A DNA stretch of 10,110 nucleotides, from NCBI GenBank assembly GCA_038895675.1, contig JAWANB010000033.1, positions 1-10,110 of the forward strand. Direction: 5' to 3'. The notes beneath the pieces were generated by a model. That model saw nothing but the letters and a program-made list of their open reading frames with translations, had not been told where the DNA came from and ran no database searches. The translations under genes and the position numbers were made by a program. This document shows positions 1 to 6,790 of this stretch, one piece after another (within the stretch, counting starts at the first letter, position 1; each line of letters starts with the position of its first letter). The DNA comes from Candidatus Iainarchaeum sp. Its GTDB lineage: Archaea > Iainarchaeota > Iainarchaeia > Iainarchaeales > Iainarchaeaceae.

Positions 1-1569
1 TTGCCTTTGGGCTGGTTTTTGCTTAATTTTGTTCTTTGGCGTCTTGGTTTTATGTCTGACATTATTTTTGCGGCCACTCTTATTTTAGGTGGTTTTGTGA
101 TGGTTGCTGCTATTTTAGGTAGTCAAATGAAGATGAAGCTTGGTTCTTCTATTCCTAAATTGCTTGTTAATAATGCTGGTAAAAGAACAGCTCCTTTTGT
201 TGATGCTACTGGTGCTCGTGCTGGTTCTTTGCTTGGTGATGTTAGGCATGATCCTTTGCAAAGCGGTGGTCTCGGGACGCCTGCTCATTTGCGTGTCGAG
301 CCTGGGATGATTCATAAGGCTTCTGGCGGTGTCTTGTTTATTGATGAGATTGCTACTCTTTCTTTGAAGAGTCAGCAAGAGCTTTTGACTGCAATGCAGG
401 ATAAAAAGTATGCTATTACTGGTCAAAGCGAATTAAGCTCTGGTGCTATGACTAGGACTGAGCCGGTTCCTTGTGATTTTGTTTTGGTTGCGGCTGGTAA
501 TTATCTTGATTTGGAAAAGGTTCATCCTGCTTTGCGTTCTAGGATTAGGGGTTATGGTTATGAGGTTTACATGAATGTTGACATGCCTGACACGCCTGAG
601 AATAGGCAGAAGCTTGTTCAGTTCGTTGCTCAAGAGGTCAAGAAGGATGGTAAAATTCCGCATTTTACCATGGATGCTGTTGAGGAAATTATTTTTGAGG
701 CTCGCAGGCGTTCCGGGAGAAAGAATAAGCTTACTTTAAAGTTGCGTGATTTAGGTGGTTTGATAAGGGCTGCTGGTGATATTGCAAGAGAAAAGGGTCA
801 TAAGTTGGTTGAGAGGCAGGATGTTATTGAGGCTAACTTGTCTGCTAAGACTTTGGAGCAACAAATAGTTAGTAATATTATTGAAGAAAGGAAGGATTAT
901 GATGTTTATCTTGTTGAAGGGACTGTTGTTGGTAGGGTTAATGGTCTTGCTGTTTTGGCTGAAGGTGATGCTGGTTTGGTAATGCCTATAGAGGCTGAGA
1001 TTGCTCCTGCTCAGTCTAGTAGTGAAGGTAAACTAATTGCTACTGGTAAGCTTGGCGAGATAGCAAGGGAGGCTGTGCAGAATGTTTCTGCTATTATTAA
1101 GAAGCTTTCTGGCAAAGATATTTCGAGGCATGATATTCATATTCAATTTTTGCAGTCTTATTCTGGTGTAGAAGGCGATTCTGCTTCTGTTTCTGTTGCT
1201 ACTGCTGTTGTTTCTGCTTTGTTTGATATTCCTGTAAAGCAGAGTCTTGCGATGACTGGTTCTCTTAGTGTTAGAGGCGAAGTTTTGCCTGTTGGTGGTG
1301 TTTCTGCCAAGGTTTCTGCTGCTATAGCCGCTGGTTTGAAGGAAGTTATTATTCCAAAGTCTAATGTTAATGATATTGTTTTGCCTAAAGAGAAGCTTTC
1401 GAAGATTAAGATTATTCCTGCTTCTACTTTGCATGATGTTTTGGTTAATGCTTTTGCTGATGATAATAATAAAAAGCATCTTCTTAATAATATGAAAAAA
1501 CTTTTTGCTGATAGTCAGAAGCATGTTGCTTTGAGGGATATTTCGAATCAGGTAATTGGCAGTACTTAA
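1..1569 (+). CDS. lonB: Archaeal membrane-anchored ATP-dependent Lon protease (LonB), 5' end outside window
   Basis: Frame is open from base 1. Hydrophobic TM insert at the start, followed by [18 protein letters not shown], Walker [20 protein letters not shown], and a protease domain with GVEGDSAS (catalytic Ser) and GGVSAK (catalytic Lys). Walker A is not in the window. No intein visible. Confidence 0.97.
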   Translation: MPLGWFLLNFVLWRLGFMSDIIFAATLILGGFVMVAAILGSQMKMKLGSSIPKLLVNNAGKRTAPFVDATGARAGSLLGDVRHDPLQSGGLGTPAHLRVEPGMIHKASGGVLFIDEIATLSLKSQQELLTAMQDKKYAITGQSELSSGAMTRTEPVPCDFVLVAAGNYLDLEKVHPALRSRIRGYGYEVYMNVDMPDTPENRQKLVQFVAQEVKKDGKIPHFTMDAVEEIIFEARRRSGRKNKLTLKLRDLGGLIRAAGDIAREKGHKLVERQDVIEANLSAKTLEQQIVSNIIEERKDYDVYLVEGTVVGRVNGLAVLAEGDAGLVMPIEAEIAPAQSSSEGKLIATGKLGEIAREAVQNVSAIIKKLSGKDISRHDIHIQFLQSYSGVEGDSASVSVATAVVSALFDIPVKQSLAMTGSLSVRGEVLPVGGVSAKVSAAIAAGLKEVIIPKSNVNDIVLPKEKLSKIKIIPASTLHDVLVNAFADDNNKKHLLNNMKKLFADSQKHVALRDISNQVIGST

Positions 1570-1623
1570 TTTTTTTTGTTTTTTTTATAATGTCTTTTTT
1601 TTGTTTTTCGTGCCTTTTTTTTT
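1570..1623 (+). terminator. Oligo(T) tracts after lonB stop, possible archaeal terminator
   Basis: Several T6-T9 runs immediately follow the TAA in a convergent intergenic region. Weak evidence because the whole + strand is T-rich. Confidence 0.35.
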
Positions 1624-1688
1624 AGTCGTTAAATTTTTGTTGTTTTTTGATTGTTTTGTAGTATAGTGTAATGTTTTTTTTCGTGTTT

Positions 1689-2921
1689 TTATTGTACTAA
1701 TACTTTTCCTTCGCTGAGGTAAAAGTTTCCTGTTTTTATTAGTGTTTGTTTGCCTGTTTTGTTTTTGTAGTATATTCCGTTTTTTGTGTCTATTGTTTCT
1801 ATTGTTCCTAATAGTTCTCCGTCTTTTGTGTAGATTGGTAATCCTATCAATAGTTTTGTTATTTTTTTTTGTATGTCTATCATTTGTGATATTTTATAAG
1901 CGGTTATTGCTAAGAGGAAGCTTGCTAACGAGTTCAGGCCAAACCATGTTAGGTCTGCATATGGTTTGTTTGCTATTACTTGTCTTGCTGAGTCTAGTAT
2001 TATCCATAATACTATTATTGCTGAGCCATACATAAAGTATTTTTTGATTGTGTATGCTTTTTTGAGTTGTAATGCGTCAATAACTTTGCCTATTATGAAT
2101 GCTGTTGAGCTTAATGCTAAGAATAGCAACATTTGTCCTGTTGATTCTATTATCGTGTTTTGTGTTATTTTGTTTTCTTTTGTTATTTCTGTTATTGTAG
2201 CGTATATTCCGAAAATGAATAGTATTATTGTGAGTAGGTAAAATGGGAAACTTACTCTTTGTAGTGATATTGCGCTTGTGAGTGTTCTTATAATGTTAAC
2301 TATTTTGTTTTCTATTCCTGTTCCTTTTAGTATTAGGTAAGTGCCTGTTATTGTGAGTAGTGTTGTGAAAAATAGTTTTTCTTGGCCTATGTATGTTAGT
2401 ATTCCCCAGAATAGTATTATTATGCCTGGGACTAGCACAAATGTTCTTGCAAAGTCCGGGTCGTTGAGTGCTTGTTTTAATGTGTAATATGTGCTTTCAA
2501 CTTGGTTTGCTTGTTTAATTATTATTGTTTCTTTTGATACTATTGGGGCTTTTCCTTGTAGTATTGGTATTACTTGGTCGTCTTCTGCTCCGTCAGTCAC
2601 TAATAGGAAGCCCGTGGCTGGAAATTTTTCCATTATTTCTTCTAATTGTTGTATTATCATTTGGTCTGATTCGTAATTGTTTTTTCCTGTGCCTGTTATT
2701 ATTGCGACTTCTGTTTCTGTGTTTTCTTTTATTTCGTCGTATTTTTTTATTGCGCCGAAGATGCAGTTCGCGTCTGATTCTGTTGGGTCTTGTATTGCTA
2801 GTTTTGCTGCTGCTTTAAGGCATTGTTGTCTGCCTATTATTGGTCCTTTTATGCCTGTCTTTTTTTCTAAGTCGTTGTCTCTGTCTACGCTCAAAACTAA
2901 TATTTTTTTTTGTTTTAGCAT
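1689..2921 (-). CDS. DUF373-like archaeal membrane protein with C-terminal PRC-barrel-like domain
   Basis: N-terminal ILVLSVDRDNDL..KTGIKGPIIGR, DPTESDANCIF and VTDGAEDDQVIPILQ motifs typical of DUF373, then about 6 hydrophobic segments and a tail LIGLPIYTKDGELLGTIETID. GGTGA lies 4 nt before the ATG. Confidence 0.88.
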   Translation of the reverse strand: MLKQKKILVLSVDRDNDLEKKTGIKGPIIGRQQCLKAAAKLAIQDPTESDANCIFGAIKKYDEIKENTETEVAIITGTGKNNYESDQMIIQQLEEIMEKFPATGFLLVTDGAEDDQVIPILQGKAPIVSKETIIIKQANQVESTYYTLKQALNDPDFARTFVLVPGIIILFWGILTYIGQEKLFFTTLLTITGTYLILKGTGIENKIVNIIRTLTSAISLQRVSFPFYLLTIILFIFGIYATITEITKENKITQNTIIESTGQMLLFLALSSTAFIIGKVIDALQLKKAYTIKKYFMYGSAIIVLWIILDSARQVIANKPYADLTWFGLNSLASFLLAITAYKISQMIDIQKKITKLLIGLPIYTKDGELLGTIETIDTKNGIYYKNKTGKQTLIKTGNFYLSEGKVLVQ

Positions 2922-2925
2922 TTTT

Positions 2926-2930
2926 TCACC
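2926..2930 (-). promoter_or_regulatory. Shine-Dalgarno-like GGTGA for the DUF373-like gene
   Basis: tcacc on + at 2926-2930 reads GGTGA on -, 4 nt upstream of the ATG at 2921. Confidence 0.65.
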
Positions 2931-2960
2931 GGTTTTCTTGGCTTTATTGTGTTATTGGCG

Positions 2961-2970
2961 TTATATATAA
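2961..2970. promoter_or_regulatory. Palindromic TATA box TTATATATAA between divergent DUF373-like and SPFH genes
   Basis: Perfect 10-bp palindrome in a 77-bp divergent gap, 28 nt before the ATG at 2999 (+) and 39 nt before the ATG at 2921 (-). Confidence 0.6.
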
Positions 2971-2998
2971 ATGTTGTTGTGTTATTATTAATTTTATT

Positions 2999-4015
2999 AT
3001 GTCGGAGGCTTCTGATTCTACTACTGTTAGAGGTGATAGTGCAAAGCCTAGTGGCATTAGGGTTTTGGTTTTTATTCTTTTTTTGGTTTTTGTTGTTTTG
3101 GTTATTGTTTTTTCATGGCGTTATTCCAAGTTTTTTGTTGATAATTTACTTGTTTTTATTGTTGTTGCTTTAATTGGTTTTTTTTTGATTAAGTATGATT
3201 ATCTTATTCAATTGATGGATTATGAGAGGGCTGTTATTTTTAGGTTTGGTAAGTTGAATAGGGTTTCTGGTCCTGGTTGGGCTTTGATTTTTCCTCCTAT
3301 TGAGTCTTTTAGGAAGGTTGATTTGCGAGTAAAAACTATTGATATTCCTGCTCAAAATGTCGTTACTAAAGACGGTATTGAGATTGCGGTTGATGGTGTT
3401 GTTTATTTGAAAGTTAAGAATGATAAGCAGTCTGTGATTAATAGTGTTATTCAGGTTGATGATTACATGCGTGCTTCCGAGCTTTTTGTCATTGGCATGA
3501 TTAGGTCTGAGGCTGGTAAGCTTGATTTGAATCAGTTGATTTCTAGGGTTGATGAACTTGATTTTAATCTCAAGCAAATGCTTTCTAAGTTGGCTGTGAA
3601 TTGGGGTGTTGTTGTTGAAGACGTTGTTATTCAGGATATTCAGGTTCCTAAGAGGGTTTTAGAGGCTACTGAGGAACAAAAAGCTGCTATTCAGAGAAAG
3701 TTGGCTCGTATGGAAGCTGCCGAGGCGCATAAGGCAGAGATAGAGGCTGTGCGTTCTGCTGCTGAAAATCTTAGCGATAAAGCTCTCGCTTACTATTATG
3801 TTAGGGCTCTTGAAAAGCTCGGCGAGGGTCAAAGTTCTAAATTTATTTTTCCTATGGAGTTATCTGAATTGGCTAAGGTTATTTCTAAGCAGCGTGATGA
3901 GAAAGAGGTTGAGGCTTTGTTTAAAAAGTATGCTCCTTACTTTGCTTCTTTAGTTCAAGAAAATCAGTCTAGTTCAAAAAATTCTAAGGTTAGGCGTCCT
4001 AAGAAAAGTAAGTAG
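2999..4015 (+). CDS. SPFH/band-7 (stomatin/slipin-like) membrane protein
   Basis: YERAVIFRFGK...GPG...PPIES...VDLRVKTIDIPAQNVVTKDG..VDGVVY and WGVVVEDVVIQDI motifs, an Ala/Glu-rich coiled coil, and two N-terminal hydrophobic segments. Start moved from the track's 2840 to the in-frame ATG at 2999, which avoids overlap with the divergent gene and follows the TATA box. Confidence 0.93.
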   Translation: MSEASDSTTVRGDSAKPSGIRVLVFILFLVFVVLVIVFSWRYSKFFVDNLLVFIVVALIGFFLIKYDYLIQLMDYERAVIFRFGKLNRVSGPGWALIFPPIESFRKVDLRVKTIDIPAQNVVTKDGIEIAVDGVVYLKVKNDKQSVINSVIQVDDYMRASELFVIGMIRSEAGKLDLNQLISRVDELDFNLKQMLSKLAVNWGVVVEDVVIQDIQVPKRVLEATEEQKAAIQRKLARMEAAEAHKAEIEAVRSAAENLSDKALAYYYVRALEKLGEGQSSKFIFPMELSELAKVISKQRDEKEVEALFKKYAPYFASLVQENQSSSKNSKVRRPKKSK

Positions 4016-4118
4016 TTCAGGTGTTTTTGTATAAATAATACTTTTTAGTCATATTCGTTTTTTTTAAGTCATTTTTTTTGTTCTTTTAAGCGTTCTCATT
4101 TTTTAAATAATTTTCAGA

Positions 4119-4898
4119 TTATTTAAGGAATAGTTTGAGTAAGCTCATAAGTCCGTCGAATAGTATTAGTTTCAAGTGTCCTATTAGCGGTATGTGGAAA
4201 AAGTATGTTCCTTTTATGTTTTCTGTTTTTATTGGGTATGGTGAAATGCAAAGTTTTGAATTTAGTAGTTTTTCTGGGCAGTCTTGGTCAAAAGCGTTGT
4301 TGTTATCTCCTAATGTTAAAAAAAAAGTTCCGTCTTTTGCAACTATTTTTAAGACGGCTCTATGAATAATGTCTTCGCCAAAATTTTTTGATTGGTAAAC
4401 TATTATAGGCCCTTGTTTGTCAATAGCATAAAAATTGTTTTCTATTTCAATTCCTATTAATGTTTTTTTTCCGTTGTCGTTTGTTTCAAAAATCGGTTTT
4501 GCAAATTCCCTTAATGGTGTATTAGAAATTGGTAAATCTATTTTTGCTTCAGAAACTTTTGCTTCATTCAAGTTGAAGCCTTTCAAAAATACTACGTCTC
4601 CACGGTAGAGAGTTGGTTCCATTGATCCTGAGTAAACAATAACTATTGGTGCTTGTGTGCCTAGTAAGAATGCTAAAACGTAGTTGTAGAGCACATAGGC
4701 AAAAATAAAAGCGCTGACTAAGTAGACTATTATTTCTATTTTTTTGTCGTTGTTAGGGTTTATTTTTGGTAAAATAAATAGGTCAACATAAGTGAATGGA
4801 TCTAACCATTTTAGTTTGCTGGAAATTTGTTCTAAAAATTCATTTTTTTGTTTGTTTTGTTGTGTGTTTTTTACTTTTATGTTCTTTAGTTTGCCCAT
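4119..4898 (-). CDS. Signal peptidase I (archaeal Sec11/S26B type)
   Basis: TM segment, then VIVYSGSMEPTLYRGD (catalytic Ser92), IIHRAV (His179) and FLTLGDNN box. Confidence 0.92.
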   Translation of the reverse strand: MGKLKNIKVKNTQQNKQKNEFLEQISSKLKWLDPFTYVDLFILPKINPNNDKKIEIIVYLVSAFIFAYVLYNYVLAFLLGTQAPIVIVYSGSMEPTLYRGDVVFLKGFNLNEAKVSEAKIDLPISNTPLREFAKPIFETNDNGKKTLIGIEIENNFYAIDKQGPIIVYQSKNFGEDIIHRAVLKIVAKDGTFFLTLGDNNNAFDQDCPEKLLNSKLCISPYPIKTENIKGTYFFHIPLIGHLKLILFDGLMSLLKLFLK

Positions 4899-4912
4899 TC
4901 AAAGACCTTTTT

Positions 4913-5188
4913 TTATTTGAGACTTTTTTTCAATTTGTTAGAGAATTCGGTTAGTTCTGTTTCGAGAGATTTTGTCGCTTCTTCTAACACTTTTTTTGGT
5001 GTCTTTGATTTTGTTTTGAGGATAAATTTGCATGAAGTGTCAGCAGGGTGGTCTAACGTATAAGCTACAAACTCCACTTCGTTGTCTTCTAAAAGCTTTG
5101 CTTTTAATAATGACGGAATTGAGTGTTTTTCGTTTTCAATTTTGAATTCTAAAAGATTTTTTTCTTCTTTCAAAATGTTTATTTTCAT
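4913..5188 (-). CDS. rpoL: DNA-directed RNA polymerase subunit L (Rpo11)
   Basis: 91 aa with LEFKIENEKHSI.SLLK..LLED.EVEFVAYTLDHP pattern. Directly downstream of csl4, as is common in archaea. Confidence 0.93.
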   Translation of the reverse strand: MKINILKEEKNLLEFKIENEKHSIPSLLKAKLLEDNEVEFVAYTLDHPADTSCKFILKTKSKTPKKVLEEATKSLETELTEFSNKLKKSLK

Positions 5189-5192
5189 TGTA

Positions 5193-5199
5193 TCACCTC
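5193..5199 (-). promoter_or_regulatory. Shine-Dalgarno GAGGTGA for rpoL overlapping the csl4 stop codon
   Basis: The - strand reads GAGGTGA taca ATG, and the TGA is the csl4 stop (5195-5193). Confidence 0.75.
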
Positions 5200-5753
5200 A
5201 AAACATATTCAGAAGAAATTTTTCTTTGTTCTGTTGCTCCTGTTATTGGGTCTCTTAACACTCCATTTATTAGGTGTAATGGTTTTCTGGAATTTATGCC
5301 AAACGCTTTTATTACTCCGCAATCTTGGTCTTTTGTGTCAAGTTCTATTCCGTATGGCGTTACTGCAACAACTTTTGCTTTCACAATGTCTCCTATTCTA
5401 AACATTTCTTCCGTGTTTTTTACAAACGAGTCTGCAATATTAAAAATGGCTATTGAGCCGTTGCTGTCGTGAACTATAATTCCTTTTTCTATTGCTTCTA
5501 ATATTTGCACTAGCACGTTTGTTGGCTTTACGCTTACTACCATTCCTATTACGTGACATCCTTTTCTTAAAATGTTGATGTTGTTTTTTTGAGAAACTAC
5601 TCTTGCTTCGTGATCTTTGTTGTCAAATTCTGCAAAACCTAAGGTTTCTGATATGACATTGCCATTTTCGTCGCTATAAGTGTTTTTTCCTGCTAAAAAT
5701 TCTTCTTCAGTGCAAAGAACTATTCCTGGGTAAACAAACTCTTTTTTTGTCAT
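5193..5753 (-). CDS. csl4: Exosome RNA-binding cap protein Csl4
   Basis: N-terminal VYPG.VLCTEEEFLAGKNTY, S1 domain (EEMFRIGDIVKAKV), C-terminal GVIKA...TG.TEQRKIS ribbon-like segment, adjacent to rpoL. Confidence 0.9.
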   Translation of the reverse strand: MTKKEFVYPGIVLCTEEEFLAGKNTYSDENGNVISETLGFAEFDNKDHEARVVSQKNNINILRKGCHVIGMVVSVKPTNVLVQILEAIEKGIIVHDSNGSIAIFNIADSFVKNTEEMFRIGDIVKAKVVAVTPYGIELDTKDQDCGVIKAFGINSRKPLHLINGVLRDPITGATEQRKISSEYVLR

Positions 5754-5783
5754 TAGATATCCTATGAAAAACTACCTTAGAAA

Positions 5784-5796
5784 CCATTATAAATGG
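5784..5796. promoter_or_regulatory. TATA box inside inverted repeat CCATT-ATA-AATGG between divergent csl4 and SpoIIM-like genes
   Basis: Reads TTATAAAT on + and TTTATAAT on -. Centre at 5790 is 27 nt from the ATG at 5817 and 37 nt from the ATG at 5753. Confidence 0.6.
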
Positions 5797-5816
5797 CTAT
5801 TCTTCTAAACCTCTAA

Positions 5817-6749
5817 ATGGTATTAGAGAGTCTTACTTCAGTGGATGAAGTTCAAAAGCAGCCTGCTTACTTGTTTGTAGTCTCTTTTATAGTGTCGGTT
5901 GTCGGCGTTTTAATGGCTTATAATACTTTTCCTCAGAGTAGTTCTGTTTTGGCTATTTCTTTTGCTTCTTTGGCTTTAATGCCTTTTATTCATTCTTTGT
6001 TTAAAAGGGAAGAGTCTAAGATAGCTTTAGATCAAACAACCAAAAGATTTTTGGCAGAAAATTTTGAAGTGGTGAGGGTTTATGCGTGGCTGTTTGTTGG
6101 CATGGTTTTTGCGTATGTTTTCATGGGTGTTTTTTTTCCAGAGAGTAATGAAAATTGTTCTGGTCTTTCTTGTATGATTCCTGTTAAAAAGTTTTTTTTT
6201 GCGGAACAAAAGTTTGTTTATAGCAGCATAACTGGTAATGTAATTGCTGAGAAGGAGTGTTTTAATGAGAATACTAAAAGTTTTGATGCTTGTTTTGAAC
6301 TAATTTTTAAGAATAACATGTGGGTAATGGTAATGGCTTTAATTTTTTCTCTTGTTTGGGGTGCTGGTGCTTTGTTTCTTTTGGGTTGGAATGCTTCTGT
6401 GATTGGTTTATTCATAGCAACTGAAATAAATTCTCATAGTTTTGAAGCTGGTGTTGCTCGGGCTATAAGTTATTTGCCTCATGGAATTCCTGAGATAACT
6501 GCTTATTTTTTGGCTGCTATTGCCGGTGGCATAATTTCTGCCGCTATATCAAAGAGTAGGTTCAAGCCTCATGAGGTTAGGACAATAATACTTGATGCTG
6601 GTTTGTTGGTGTTGTTGGCTACAATAGCCTTGGCTATTGGTGCTTTAGTCGAGGTTGCTGCTATTTTTGGTGATTTTGGTTTGGCTTTGTTTTTTGTGAT
6701 TGTTTTTACTTTATTGTGCTTGTTGCTTTACGTGTTTTTTACAAAGTAG
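5817..6749 (+). CDS. SpoIIM/DUF95-like integral membrane protein
   Basis: Polytopic hydrophobic protein with IFKNN..V, LGWNASVIG and LPHGIPEITAYFLAAIAG motifs plus late ALVE, which match the stage II sporulation protein M family pattern. Confidence 0.82.
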   Translation: MVLESLTSVDEVQKQPAYLFVVSFIVSVVGVLMAYNTFPQSSSVLAISFASLALMPFIHSLFKREESKIALDQTTKRFLAENFEVVRVYAWLFVGMVFAYVFMGVFFPESNENCSGLSCMIPVKKFFFAEQKFVYSSITGNVIAEKECFNENTKSFDACFELIFKNNMWVMVMALIFSLVWGAGALFLLGWNASVIGLFIATEINSHSFEAGVARAISYLPHGIPEITAYFLAAIAGGIISAAISKSRFKPHEVRTIILDAGLLVLLATIALAIGALVEVAAIFGDFGLALFFVIVFTLLCLLLYVFFTK

Positions 6750-6790
6750 TTTTTGCTTTTATTTTTTTTTCACGTGCATTTCTATTTTTT
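6750..6790 (+). terminator. T-rich convergent intergenic, possible terminator
   Basis: T5-T9 runs right after the TAG at 6749. Non-specific given the strand bias. Confidence 0.3.

Noticed and set aside
115..1524. Antisense ORFs within lonB (115-426, 433-663, 1033-1524) and within SPFH (3170-3577)
   Set aside because: No recognisable motifs; explained by the codon bias of the sense genes.
1..1569. Intein in LonB
   Set aside because: The AAA+ and protease motifs in the visible part are contiguous, with no splicing or LAGLIDADG motifs. The part outside the window cannot be assessed.
2840..2998. N-terminal extension of the SPFH ORF in the track (start 2840)
   Set aside because: It overlaps the divergent DUF373-like gene and spans the TATA box. 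The ATG at 2999 is the better start.
4016..4118. Short near-repeats (tttttagtcat / ttttaagtcat; similar tttagtcgtt at 1621) as a possible binding site, mini-CRISPR or origin
   Set aside because: Too short and low in complexity for a T-rich background, with no regular spacing, no ORB-like G-string and no cdc6 or cas gene in the window.
6191..6200. T9 homopolymers inside coding regions (here and near 3178-3186) as frameshift or phase-variation sites
   Set aside because: Reading frames are intact through them, and such runs are expected from the composition.
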